From Candidatus Saccharibacteria bacterium UBA3304 (GTDB lineage: Bacteria; Patescibacteriota; Saccharimonadia; Saccharimonadales; Saccharimonadaceae): a stretch of 64,000 nt of DNA. Position 1 is the first letter of the stretch. Every line of letters begins with the position of its first letter. The notes under the pieces are model-generated. The model was given only the letters and a program-made list of their open reading frames with translations, ran no database searches and was not told where the DNA came from. The stretch is from the NCBI GenBank assembly GCA_002361425.1, contig DESW01000014.1, positions 376 to 64,375 of the forward strand, in the 5' to 3' direction. Both the position numbers and the translations under genes were made by a program. This document shows positions 1 through 8,180 of this stretch, piece by piece.

Positions 1-245
1 CGAATTTCCTGAACAATACCAATCAGCGTATTAGCAATAATAATCGGCAAAAATGTAATATCGCGATAAGAATGAACCGCGCAGAGTAGAATTGCAATTG
101 CTGCGAAGACGAAGTTGAAATAAGTAAAGGTGTTCGTCGCGACAATCTTCTTAATCGACTTTGAAGGTGGTTTGACGGCAGTATTTACTTGTCCAGCAAA
201 GCGCGCTTTGCGGACCTGTTCACGAGTTAGACCTTTTTTCTCCAT
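1..245 (-). CDS. cation-transporting P-type ATPase, N-terminal fragment (continues beyond window)
   Basis: Reverse-strand translation MEKKGLTREQVRKARFAGQVNTAVKPPSKSIKKIVATNTFTYFNFVF...NTLIGIVQEI fits the cation-ATPase N-terminal segment plus first TM pair. ATG at 245-243. TAAAAT box (252-257, minus) lies 6 nt upstream. Confidence 0.7.
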   Translation of the reverse strand, partial: MEKKGLTREQVRKARFAGQVNTAVKPPSKSIKKIVATNTFTYFNFVFAAIAILLCAVHSYRDITFLPIIIANTLIGIVQEI

Positions 246-251
246 AGATAT

Positions 252-292
252 ATTTTAACACGCCAACGCGTTTAAGCTTGTAGTGATATACT
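252..292. promoter_or_regulatory. back-to-back leaderless-type promoters (ATPase on minus, S41 protease on plus)
   Basis: The minus TGTTAAAAT box (252-257 core) is 6 nt from ATG 245. The plus TGATATACT box (287-292 core) is 6 nt from ATG 299. The whole intergenic region is 53 nt. Confidence 0.6.
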
Positions 293-298
293 AGATAT

Positions 299-1522
299 AT
301 GGCTAAACAAACTGCGAAGAAAAATGAAACGAAAGAGCTCTATTATCAGAGCCCTGCAATTGAACGAAAAGTAGACCTTACTACTACTGTTATTATTAGT
401 GCAATCGCACTATTCGGTGGCCTTTTAATTGGCGCCAACTGGAATACTATTGAAGCTAATCTTGGTATGAAAAAGAAAGTCGCGACCGTCGACTTTTCAG
501 CCTTGAATGATGTCTATGAAAAGCTCGCTGAGAATTATGATGGCGAACTCGATAAAACTAAGATTATCGAAGAGGCTAAGCGTGGTCTCGTAAAAGCAGC
601 TGGTGATGACTACACCTATTATCTGACTGCAGCTGAGGCTGATGAATTTCAGAAAGATTTAAATGGCGATGTCGGTGCTGGTATCGGTGTCGAGATTGGC
701 CAGCGTGACGGCTATGTAAAAGTTCTTCGCACTACGCCAGACAACCCAGCTCGCAAAGCGGGCGTTCTCGCAGGCGATATTATTTATAAGGCTGACGACG
801 AAGATATTTCGATGCTTACCGTTGAGGAAGTTGCCAAGAAGTTTCGCGGTGCGGCTGGCACGAAAGTGAAATTAACTGTCGTCCGCGGCAATGAGGAAAA
901 AACCTTTGAATTAACTCGTGAAACTATCAATAACGTTTCTGTCTATGCTGATTATCAGGGTAAGACCGCAATCCTTACTATTTCTCGTTTTGACCAGGAT
1001 ACTGGACGTCTCGCTCGCGAAAAGGCAAAAGAGGCTCTCACTAAAGGTTGCGACAAGTTCATTATCGATCTTCGCGGCAACGGCGGTGGTTATGTCAGTG
1101 CAGCAAAAGAAGTTGCTTCGCTCTGGATTGACGGCAAGGTAGTTGTTGAACAGAAGTCGAGCAACGGTCTCTATAATGAAAAGACCTATGCGAACCGTGG
1201 TCAGGCTATTCTTGCAGGCAAGAAAACTATCGTCCTCACCAACGGTTCTACTGCTAGTGCAAGCGAAATCGTTGCTGGCGCTCTCAAGGATTATAATCTT
1301 GCAACTCTCATTGGCGAGAAGACTTACGGCAAGGGTAGTGTTCAGGCACTCGAAAACCTTACGACCGGCGAAATGCTTCGCGTAACGGTTGCTAAATGGT
1401 ATACGCCAAACGGCAAGAATATTAATCATGAAGGTATCGAGCCGGACCAAAAAGTCGAGCGTACTTTCGAGCAAATCAACAAGGATGAAGATCCTCAGCT
1501 CGACGCCGCACTGAAATACTAG
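299..1522 (+). CDS. S41 carboxy-terminal processing (tail-specific) protease with PDZ domain
   Basis: 407 aa with an N-terminal TM anchor and a PDZ-like GVEIG..GYVKVLRTTPDNPARKAGVLAGDII segment. S41 catalytic region NGSTASASEIVAGALKD ... KTYGKGSVQ. Confidence 0.85.
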   Translation: MAKQTAKKNETKELYYQSPAIERKVDLTTTVIISAIALFGGLLIGANWNTIEANLGMKKKVATVDFSALNDVYEKLAENYDGELDKTKIIEEAKRGLVKAAGDDYTYYLTAAEADEFQKDLNGDVGAGIGVEIGQRDGYVKVLRTTPDNPARKAGVLAGDIIYKADDEDISMLTVEEVAKKFRGAAGTKVKLTVVRGNEEKTFELTRETINNVSVYADYQGKTAILTISRFDQDTGRLAREKAKEALTKGCDKFIIDLRGNGGGYVSAAKEVASLWIDGKVVVEQKSSNGLYNEKTYANRGQAILAGKKTIVLTNGSTASASEIVAGALKDYNLATLIGEKTYGKGSVQALENLTTGEMLRVTVAKWYTPNGKNINHEGIEPDQKVERTFEQINKDEDPQLDAALKY

Positions 1523-1554
1523 ATGTGCTAAACTAATAGAATAAAGGAGGAGTT

Positions 1555-2523
1555 ATGCCAGAATTTGATGTTTTCCAGTGGGCAAATAACGTCGATGAAA
1601 TCAAAAACAACGTTTCAGTAGAACTATTTCTATTTAATAAAAATTACACACCATACAAAGTCCGCTATTCCGATGTCTTGATGCAGGCGATCCGCAGTAT
1701 GTTCATGCTCGAGGCTGTTGAGTATATCATCAAGGAGGCAGATAAAGGTCTTGAATGTCGCGAATATGAGCTTTCTGATGGCGAAGATAAGGTTATTTAT
1801 CGCATCGCGCTCGACAAGGTTGGCCGTGCCGAAACCCTCATTCATCTTATCGAAAATGAGTACAAAGATATCGCTTACTTTACCGATGACGAGTACGAAT
1901 TCAAGCGCATCAAGGGTATCATTGCAAAGTTTAGCTATCCTGGCGATGATGGCCAGAAGACTTTTTATATCGCCAAGAACCTCGCTGCTAGCGCTGCGCT
2001 AAAAGGCAAGCTTAGCTGGGAGCTTAACGGCGAAAGCTTTGAGCCTCTTACTGCCGATCTCGCTATCAAGGTCCCAGAGGGCAATGAAACTGCTATCGTT
2101 GACGGCCAGATTGTCATCTTCAACCAGTCCAAGTTCGAAAAACTCTTCCAATTCGATTACAAACAGCAGCTCATCTCCGAGCAAAAAGCTAAAGAGCTTG
2201 AAGAGACTTACAAGCTCAGCTTCCCAGAAGGCCTCACTCTTAATGCTCTTCTTGAGGATAAAAAACCTCTCGTTAAGAAACTTCAAAGTGTTGAGATTGG
2301 CGAGATGTCTCAGGAACAACTCCTTGATTATGCTGACGAAATGCAGCTTGAGCTCATGACTGATGACCAGAACAAAATCATCATCATGGACGACAAAGAC
2401 CTCGGTATGTTTGTTAATTTGCTCAGCGAAGATTACTTCGTTTCTCCAGTAAACGGCCGCCGTTACGAGATTAAGAGCAAGAAACTCCTCGACGAGCCAG
2501 AGGGCGAACCTCCACGTGGCTAA
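1555..2523 (+). CDS. hypothetical protein (possibly DUF4868/KwaB-like; unverified)
   Basis: 322 aa soluble acidic ORF with GGAGG SD 8 nt upstream. Overlaps the tatD start by 8 nt. No motif I can assign with certainty. Confidence 0.6.
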   Translation: MPEFDVFQWANNVDEIKNNVSVELFLFNKNYTPYKVRYSDVLMQAIRSMFMLEAVEYIIKEADKGLECREYELSDGEDKVIYRIALDKVGRAETLIHLIENEYKDIAYFTDDEYEFKRIKGIIAKFSYPGDDGQKTFYIAKNLAASAALKGKLSWELNGESFEPLTADLAIKVPEGNETAIVDGQIVIFNQSKFEKLFQFDYKQQLISEQKAKELEETYKLSFPEGLTLNALLEDKKPLVKKLQSVEIGEMSQEQLLDYADEMQLELMTDDQNKIIIMDDKDLGMFVNLLSEDYFVSPVNGRRYEIKSKKLLDEPEGEPPRG

Positions 2524-3289
2524 ATATCTTATCGATACACATACTCATATTCATGACCCGACTGACCGCGAGTTAAGCGCAGCCGATACTTTTCGCCATG
2601 CTCATGAATTGGGCATCGATAAGATTATTACAATTGGTACTGATCCGCAAAACTCCCTTCAGGCAAAGGAGTTTGCTGAGGAATGGGCGGGGAAAGGCGA
2701 GAGAATCTTCTGGACTTACGGCTTCCATCCGAATGAATACGTCGAAAAAGACCGTGCCAACTTGACAAATACGCTAAATATGGCCTCAGAGGCCCTTAAA
2801 AGCCCGCAGAACGTCGGTGTCGGCGAAATAGGCCTAGATTATCATTTTGATGGTTATAGTGTTGAAATGCAGCGAGAATTGCTTCTAGAGATGCTTCAAC
2901 TAGCCCAGGATAATCGAAAACCGGTCTCTTTCCATGTCCGCGATGCTTTTGGCGACTTCTGGCCTATCTTCGATAACTTCAAACTTCCAACTTCCGTCAT
3001 GCATTCCTTCTCGGACAGTAAGAAAAATCTCGCCGAAGCCCTAAAACGCGGTCTCTATATCGGCGTGAATGGCCTCTCTACTTTTGCTGATATTGCGCAC
3101 CCTCCTCTCGAGAGAGCAGTCTTTGAAACAGATGCCCCCTACTTGACACCGAAGCAATTTCGTGGTACAATGAATAAGCCTGGTTATGTAAAATACGTAG
3201 CCGAATGGGCAGCCGAATATTATAAGGTTGAATTCGGCGAAGTCGCTAGAATTACGACTGAAAACGCCGAAAAAATCTTCAAAATATAA
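2516..3289 (+). CDS. tatD: TatD-family metal-dependent hydrolase/DNase
   Basis: GTG start. N-terminal DTHTHIHD metal-binding motif, then GEIGLDYH, SFHVRDA and FETDAPYLTP motifs typical of TatD. Confidence 0.85.
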   Translation: MAKYLIDTHTHIHDPTDRELSAADTFRHAHELGIDKIITIGTDPQNSLQAKEFAEEWAGKGERIFWTYGFHPNEYVEKDRANLTNTLNMASEALKSPQNVGVGEIGLDYHFDGYSVEMQRELLLEMLQLAQDNRKPVSFHVRDAFGDFWPIFDNFKLPTSVMHSFSDSKKNLAEALKRGLYIGVNGLSTFADIAHPPLERAVFETDAPYLTPKQFRGTMNKPGYVKYVAEWAAEYYKVEFGEVARITTENAEKIFKI

Positions 3290-3304
3290 AAGGGAGAGCT
3301 AGTT

Positions 3305-3568
3305 ATGGATTACGAAGAAGATAGTTCTGTTTTCCAGTTGCCGACAAATCCTAACGTCGCGCCAGCTGTTGTTTTTGAGGCTCCAAAAGCACCAGAAACC
3401 CCTGTTTCTAGTGTTGCTGAAGCTGCAAAAGTAACTCCAGTGGTACAGTCAGTTGCTCCTATCGTTTCGGCTGATAATCTTTCTGATCAAGCTCTATTTA
3501 ACGAACTTAACGCTGTTTCCGAGGAAGTCATCGAATGTCGAAATCGTATCTTAAGCAAAATCTGCTAG
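3305..3568 (+). CDS. hypothetical protein (Pro/Ala/Val-rich)
   Basis: 87 aa ORF with GGGAG SD upstream. Low-complexity PAV-rich centre. Overlaps the next ORF by 34 nt in another frame. Confidence 0.4.
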   Translation: MDYEEDSSVFQLPTNPNVAPAVVFEAPKAPETPVSSVAEAAKVTPVVQSVAPIVSADNLSDQALFNELNAVSEEVIECRNRILSKIC

Positions 3569-3888
3569 GAATTCTTCGCAAGCAACCAAACGCCGACGCG
3601 CGCCGTGCTGCCGCAGAAAAGGATCTAATTAACGCTGAGTCTGCGCTCGGTCGCACGCTTTTTGGTAATGTTGCTCCAGGTCATCAGCGCGAATTTTTCA
3701 TGTACAAGAAAAACGTTTGGATTTGGCACGAAGATGGTCAGACGATTCGTTATGAAGTCCGCCAAAACGGTGTCTTCAAAAAAGTCGACGAAAGCGGCTA
3801 TCATAAGGTAACCGGCGAAGAACTTGAACACTTTCGTAAGGCGGCTAGCGCTTATCTCGCGCTAGTGAAGTCGCGGATTTATAAGTAA
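3535..3888 (+). CDS. hypothetical protein
   Basis: 117 aa basic ORF. No recognisable motif. The 3' end overlaps the convergent membrane gene by 44 nt. Confidence 0.45.
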   Translation: MSKSYLKQNLLGILRKQPNADARRAAAEKDLINAESALGRTLFGNVAPGHQREFFMYKKNVWIWHEDGQTIRYEVRQNGVFKKVDESGYHKVTGEELEHFRKAASAYLALVKSRIYK

Positions 3889-5083
3889 GCGCCACGACAA
3901 TCGGAATCGTAATAGCGTGACCGACGACCAATGGCAACATCCAGTCGCTATGTCCAAGATAGAAGAACATTAGGAGTGGAATAATACTAAGAACGCGCCC
4001 TAATGTCAGCCAAAGTTCGCCAAGAATCTCAATCTCAATTCGGTATGCATCATCGTGTACCGATTTTTTGAGTTCATCTTGGTGATAGACGGAGAAAATC
4101 GCACTGCTATAAAGCGAGCCAATTACTGCATTGGTGTAGATGAAGAGCACGATTGCGATAACGAAATTACCGGGGAAGAATATTGCCGAGAGCGGCAAGA
4201 GAATTGTTGCTGGCATTAATCCGTAAACGAGCATATCGCTCTTTGCGGAAGCCTTTGTTCTGAAGCGGCGATATAGCAAAAGCAGAACAATAGTAACGAC
4301 ACTAGTTGCGGATTGAATACTACCAAGTTCTATGTCGGAACTCGTAGAGTTATAGAGATTTAGCTGTGCTACGATGCCGTAGGCGCAGCCGGTCATTGCG
4401 AAACCGCGCAAAGTCTGCAGCCATAGCGTACGGCGGATCGACTTATGTGCCACTGCATAATTGAGTGTTTCTCTGAGTGAGCGAGCTTTGATTTTGGTTG
4501 GATGTGTCGGGCGAAGTAAGATGGAGAGTAGCAACTGTACGGTCGAAATAATAAGAACGACAATCGCGGCGCGCTCATAGCCTGCGTCAGCGATGACGAT
4601 ACCGAGAATAATTGGCATTGCAATCTTCACGGTTTCTACAAAAATCTGGCGCAATGTATTAAACTTGTCGCGCTTATCGTTGCTAACTTCTTTAATTTCC
4701 AAGAAGTCTTTCGGGCGCCAATAAAGCTGGGCTTCAAGCGCACTTAGAAAACCGATGATAAGCGGGAAGAAGACGTAATTGCCTGGAATAAAAATCACAG
4801 CAATCATCTGCGTGATGCTAAAAAACATACTGGCGCGCCAGGCGTTGAGCGGGTATGCGCGCAAAACATCGGTAAGCAAAACACAGAGAATGCCATTGAA
4901 GGCATAATGCGATAGCTGGTAAGTAAGGAAGCTAATCGGCGAATTCTTGAGTGAGATTGTAATCATGAACGCCATCAAAAAGATACCCATGAATGACGAC
5001 TTGCTGTTATAAAGCACGTCTACCGCGATGAGAATATTCTCATTCGTTTTCAGCTTCTTAATCTTCCGAAAAAGCTTATGCAT
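3845..5083 (-). CDS. polytopic membrane protein (MFS-like transporter candidate)
   Basis: 412 aa with about 10-12 hydrophobic segments. TATAAT (5094-5099, minus) lies 10 nt upstream of the ATG. Confidence 0.55.
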   Translation of the reverse strand: MHKLFRKIKKLKTNENILIAVDVLYNSKSSFMGIFLMAFMITISLKNSPISFLTYQLSHYAFNGILCVLLTDVLRAYPLNAWRASMFFSITQMIAVIFIPGNYVFFPLIIGFLSALEAQLYWRPKDFLEIKEVSNDKRDKFNTLRQIFVETVKIAMPIILGIVIADAGYERAAIVVLIISTVQLLLSILLRPTHPTKIKARSLRETLNYAVAHKSIRRTLWLQTLRGFAMTGCAYGIVAQLNLYNSTSSDIELGSIQSATSVVTIVLLLLYRRFRTKASAKSDMLVYGLMPATILLPLSAIFFPGNFVIAIVLFIYTNAVIGSLYSSAIFSVYHQDELKKSVHDDAYRIEIEILGELWLTLGRVLSIIPLLMFFYLGHSDWMLPLVVGHAITIPIVVALTYKSATSLARDKR

Positions 5084-5102
5084 ATACCAGACTATTATAC
5101 CT

Positions 5103-5123
5103 CAATTATCCCGCAATTATCCC
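5103..5123. promoter_or_regulatory. tandem direct repeat CAATTATCCC x2 (11-nt period) over the -35 region of the minus-strand transporter promoter
   Basis: caattatccc g caattatccc. On the minus strand this reads GGGATAATTG-c-GGGATAATTG, just upstream of TATAAT (5094-5099). Confidence 0.45.
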
Positions 5124-5126
5124 TGC

Positions 5127-5260
5127 GAAAGCCCCTGAATATTAGGCTTCTCAGGAAGCTCGCGCAGGCCACGGGCCGAGCGCGAGGAGCGAGCTACCCG
5201 CAACGGCGGGCTAGCTCGACGACGCTCTTCCTCGAGAAGCCTGATATGAAAGGGCTTTTT
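5127..5260 (+). repeat. GC-rich nested-hairpin element, copy A
   Basis: Outer helices gaaagccc/gggctttt, aggcttctc/gagaagcct and aggaag/cttcct. Core ..ggccACGGGCCGAG.. plus apical hairpin cccgc-AACG-gcggg with a 3' bulged C. Ends in a T-run 4 nt before the TATAAT of the cysteine desulfurase gene. Confidence 0.7.
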
Positions 5261-5277
5261 GCGGTATAATATGCAAT

Positions 5278-6426
5278 ATGATTTATCTCGATTATGCTGC
5301 GGCAACACCGCTTTCCGAAAAAGCCAAACGCGCTATGCTGCCGTATTTTGATGAGAAATTCTTCAATCCTTCCGCCGCCTACCTCCCGGCAACCGAAACG
5401 CGTAGAGAATACGAGCAGGCAAAAGCTGATATTGCGCACGTTATTGGCGCAAAAGCCGCCGATCTTGTAATGACTTCTGGCGCAACCGAGGCCAACAGTC
5501 TCGTTTTTGCTTCCGTCCCAGATGATGCTGAAGTTCTTATTTCTGCAATTGAGCATCCGTCTATTCTCGAAAACGCCAAGCAGAAAAACTATAAAACTAT
5601 TTCCGTTGATGAATCTGGCCGCATTAATCTCGATGATTTGCGTGCAAAAATTACGCCTAATACGCAATTGATTTCTATCTGTCTAGCAAGTAGCGAGCTC
5701 GGTACTATTCAGCCGCTTAGCGATATTGCGCGCATTGTCGTAGAGGAGCGTACGCGCCGTGCTTTCGCCGGCGAAAAGACGCCGATCTATTTCCATAGTG
5801 ACGCATCACAGGGTCTTGGTCTTATGGAGGTCAAAGTCTCGCGCCTCGGCGTCGACCTGCTCACTATTAATGCTGCGAAAGTCTACGGCCCGAAGGGAAT
5901 TGGCGCACTTTATATTGGACATAATGTCCGCCTTAAGCCGCAAACTCATGGCGGTGGCCAGGAGCTCGGTCTTCGTAGTGGCACGGAAAACGTCCCGGCA
6001 ACTATTGCTTTTGCTACTGCGATTATGGAGGCTGAAAAACATCTTGCCGGCGAACGCAAACGCCTAGCCGATCTGCGCGCGAAGTTTAAAAAACTCCTTT
6101 CGGAAAAGATTGACGGCATTGAATTTCTCGGCAAGGAAAAAACTCAGCTCGCAAACTTTATGCCGATTTCTATTCCAGGCCTTGATGCCGAGCGTCTGAT
6201 TTTTGCCCTAGAAGAGCATGAAGTTTATGTTTCTACTGGCGCAGCTTGTGCCGCTAGCAAAGGTGAAAAATCCCCAACTCTCAAAGCGATCGGCTTGAAT
6301 GATATGCAAATTGCTGGCTCGCTTCGCATTACGCTCGGCCGCCCAACTGGCATCGATGACGTCGAAAAAGCTGCCGACGCTATTGCTCAGGTTGTCACTA
6401 ACGAGTGCGCTCGTTTAGCTAAATAA
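5278..6426 (+). CDS. cysteine desulfurase (class V aminotransferase, NifS/IscS-like)
   Basis: 382 aa with SGATEANSL, HSDASQ, the PLP-lysine region INAAKVYGPKGIGALY, LRSGTEN and the active-site loop STGAACAAS. Confidence 0.85.
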   Translation: MIYLDYAAATPLSEKAKRAMLPYFDEKFFNPSAAYLPATETRREYEQAKADIAHVIGAKAADLVMTSGATEANSLVFASVPDDAEVLISAIEHPSILENAKQKNYKTISVDESGRINLDDLRAKITPNTQLISICLASSELGTIQPLSDIARIVVEERTRRAFAGEKTPIYFHSDASQGLGLMEVKVSRLGVDLLTINAAKVYGPKGIGALYIGHNVRLKPQTHGGGQELGLRSGTENVPATIAFATAIMEAEKHLAGERKRLADLRAKFKKLLSEKIDGIEFLGKEKTQLANFMPISIPGLDAERLIFALEEHEVYVSTGAACAASKGEKSPTLKAIGLNDMQIAGSLRITLGRPTGIDDVEKAADAIAQVVTNECARLAK

Positions 6427-7179
6427 TTACCAGTGTCTAATTTTTGGGATAGATCCACTACCCGTGCCGCTACTTTCGGAAAATTGTTTTTGACGAGAGT
6501 AATTTTGAATATCTAGGCCATTCATGAGGTTATTGCGGAGTTCTTGCAGTTGACCTTCGTTAATTTGTGTTTCGGTGTATGGGTTTGATTCCTCTCCATC
6601 TTCGCCTTGGCCGTTCATTTCCGAAGTAATCTTTCCGCGTTTTTGCGATATGCGCTTTTTGGCTTCGCCGGCTTTCTTGTCGCGACTTTCGCTATTATCT
6701 TTACTGGCGCAATTATCTCCATATAAAATGCCTTCAGAGGCACTATAAAGCACAAGCGCCTCGCCGTAGTTGCCCTTTATGGTTTCCTGGTCTGCCTGCA
6801 TTTCGATACTATAAGCTAGGTTTGTGCGCACCTGACAGACCTTGTCGGCCGGAGGGTTGCTTCTTAAGCTACTGCGCAACTCGATTTCGGCTTGTGCGCC
6901 GTCGTTATCCTTGATGTATGCAGTACCGGCATTGTAATGTGCAATGTATGGCTCAATAATATTCGCCTTTGTTTGAAGGTTGCTGATAAAGATATTGAAA
7001 CCAGCATCGGCATTATTGTAGTTCATGTTATAGAGTATATTGAAAACACCAGGGCGAATGAAGAATAGGCCAGCGATTAATATAATGACGACTGGTGCAG
7101 CAGCATAAAGCATTAATTTCTTGCGGCGTTTTTTGCGTACGCTCTCTTGGTCGATAATGGACGGATCGAGATTTATCAT
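6427..7179 (-). CDS. membrane-anchored TPR-like protein (BatC-like), last gene of the MoxR/vWA operon
   Basis: 250 aa with an N-terminal TM, helical-repeat middle and charged tail. 4-nt overlap with the upstream vWA gene. Confidence 0.45.
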   Translation of the reverse strand: MINLDPSIIDQESVRKKRRKKLMLYAAAPVVIILIAGLFFIRPGVFNILYNMNYNNADAGFNIFISNLQTKANIIEPYIAHYNAGTAYIKDNDGAQAEIELRSSLRSNPPADKVCQVRTNLAYSIEMQADQETIKGNYGEALVLYSASEGILYGDNCASKDNSESRDKKAGEAKKRISQKRGKITSEMNGQGEDGEESNPYTETQINEGQLQELRNNLMNGLDIQNYSRQKQFSESSGTGSGSIPKIRHW

Positions 7180-8180
7180 TTTGCCACCTTTCTTTCTAGC
7201 AACAATACTTCAAGGACCGCATAGAAATCCCAAAGCAATAATGCTATAGCGATTAAAATGAAGAGCCAGTAGAAATCGCTGCTCACATTAGCCATATCGT
7301 CACTTCGATGATAAATGGCGGACTCGGTAGTAAAGTTATTTATATTGTCAAACTTATCGCCAGAGCTGGAACGACGGTAGTATTCGATGCCGATTTCATT
7401 TGCGACACTTTTGAGGCTGGCTTCATCTAATTTAGAAATATGCTCAAGACCGGAGGAATCTTTAATGAAAACTGAATTACTTATTGCTAATGCTTTCGTA
7501 GTGGAATCTATAGTTACTTCCCCAACATGTGTACCGTTAGTTGTACCGTAGCCGATTACTGCGCCGCCAACAATGTTTTGCTTGAGTTCTTTTGGTGTCG
7601 ATATTGGAGCATTATTGATATTTTCGCCGTCACTGAAGAAGAATAATAGACTGTCGCGGTTCTTATAGCGCTCGCCGTATTGTTTGACGCGAGTATTCGT
7701 CAAAACGAGCAGTTGTGACAGGTTGGAGTCTGCGCTGATTACGCTTTCTCTTGGTGACAGCGAACCGATGTAGGCTAATGCAGTATTCGCGTCATCAATA
7801 AGCGGCATTGCTTGGTAGACATTGTAGTCAAGTGCAATAATAGCGTACTTTGAACCCGGGAATAGCTCTACGATTTTTTTCATATCGTCAGTCATAACTT
7901 TGTAACGATATTCACTCATGCCGTTCATATCCTTCGCGGCCATGCTGCCGGTATTGTCGACGACAAAAAAGATATTTAGATTACTTAAATCGCGTTCAGC
8001 GCTGCCTCCGCTAATGCCGGGGCGTAGCATTGCGACAAAGATTAGCGCCAGGATTGCTAGGCGGCGTAGATTTCTTGCCTTGCGCAGCGGCTTTTTGGCT
8101 AGGCAAAATACTAGCATTGCCGCTGTTCCTGCGAGTAATAGATAGAGCACAAATAATGGCAGAATTGGTTTTAATGTCAT
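7176..8180 (-). CDS. von Willebrand factor A (vWA) domain membrane protein (BatB-like)
   Basis: MIDAS-like FFVVDNTGSM plus later SDGE. TM at both ends. Start moved to ATG 8180 (MTLKP...) because it has a GGAGA SD and an ATGA stop/start overlap with the upstream gene; the ORF track extends to 8222. Confidence 0.7.
   Translation of the reverse strand: MTLKPILPLFVLYLLLAGTAAMLVFCLAKKPLRKARNLRRLAILALIFVAMLRPGISGGSAERDLSNLNIFFVVDNTGSMAAKDMNGMSEYRYKVMTDDMKKIVELFPGSKYAIIALDYNVYQAMPLIDDANTALAYIGSLSPRESVISADSNLSQLLVLTNTRVKQYGERYKNRDSLLFFFSDGENINNAPISTPKELKQNIVGGAVIGYGTTNGTHVGEVTIDSTTKALAISNSVFIKDSSGLEHISKLDEASLKSVANEIGIEYYRRSSSGDKFDNINNFTTESAIYHRSDDMANVSSDFYWLFILIAIALLLWDFYAVLEVLLLERKVAK

Noticed and set aside
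3535-3568. The 34-nt overlap of ORFs 3305-3568 and 3535-3888 as a programmed frameshift site.
   Set aside because: There is no slippery heptamer or downstream structure at the overlap. The second ORF has its own ATG, so ordinary overlapping or coupled genes (or a mis-set start) are more likely. It cannot be settled without homologues.
5078-5308. 63-aa ORFs on both strands (5078-5269 plus, 5117-5308 minus) inside nested-hairpin element A, and similar small ORFs in the other intergenic repeats.
   Set aside because: They are Arg/Ser/Ala-rich translations of a GC-rich palindrome. They have no start signals and are not conserved between the three element copies.
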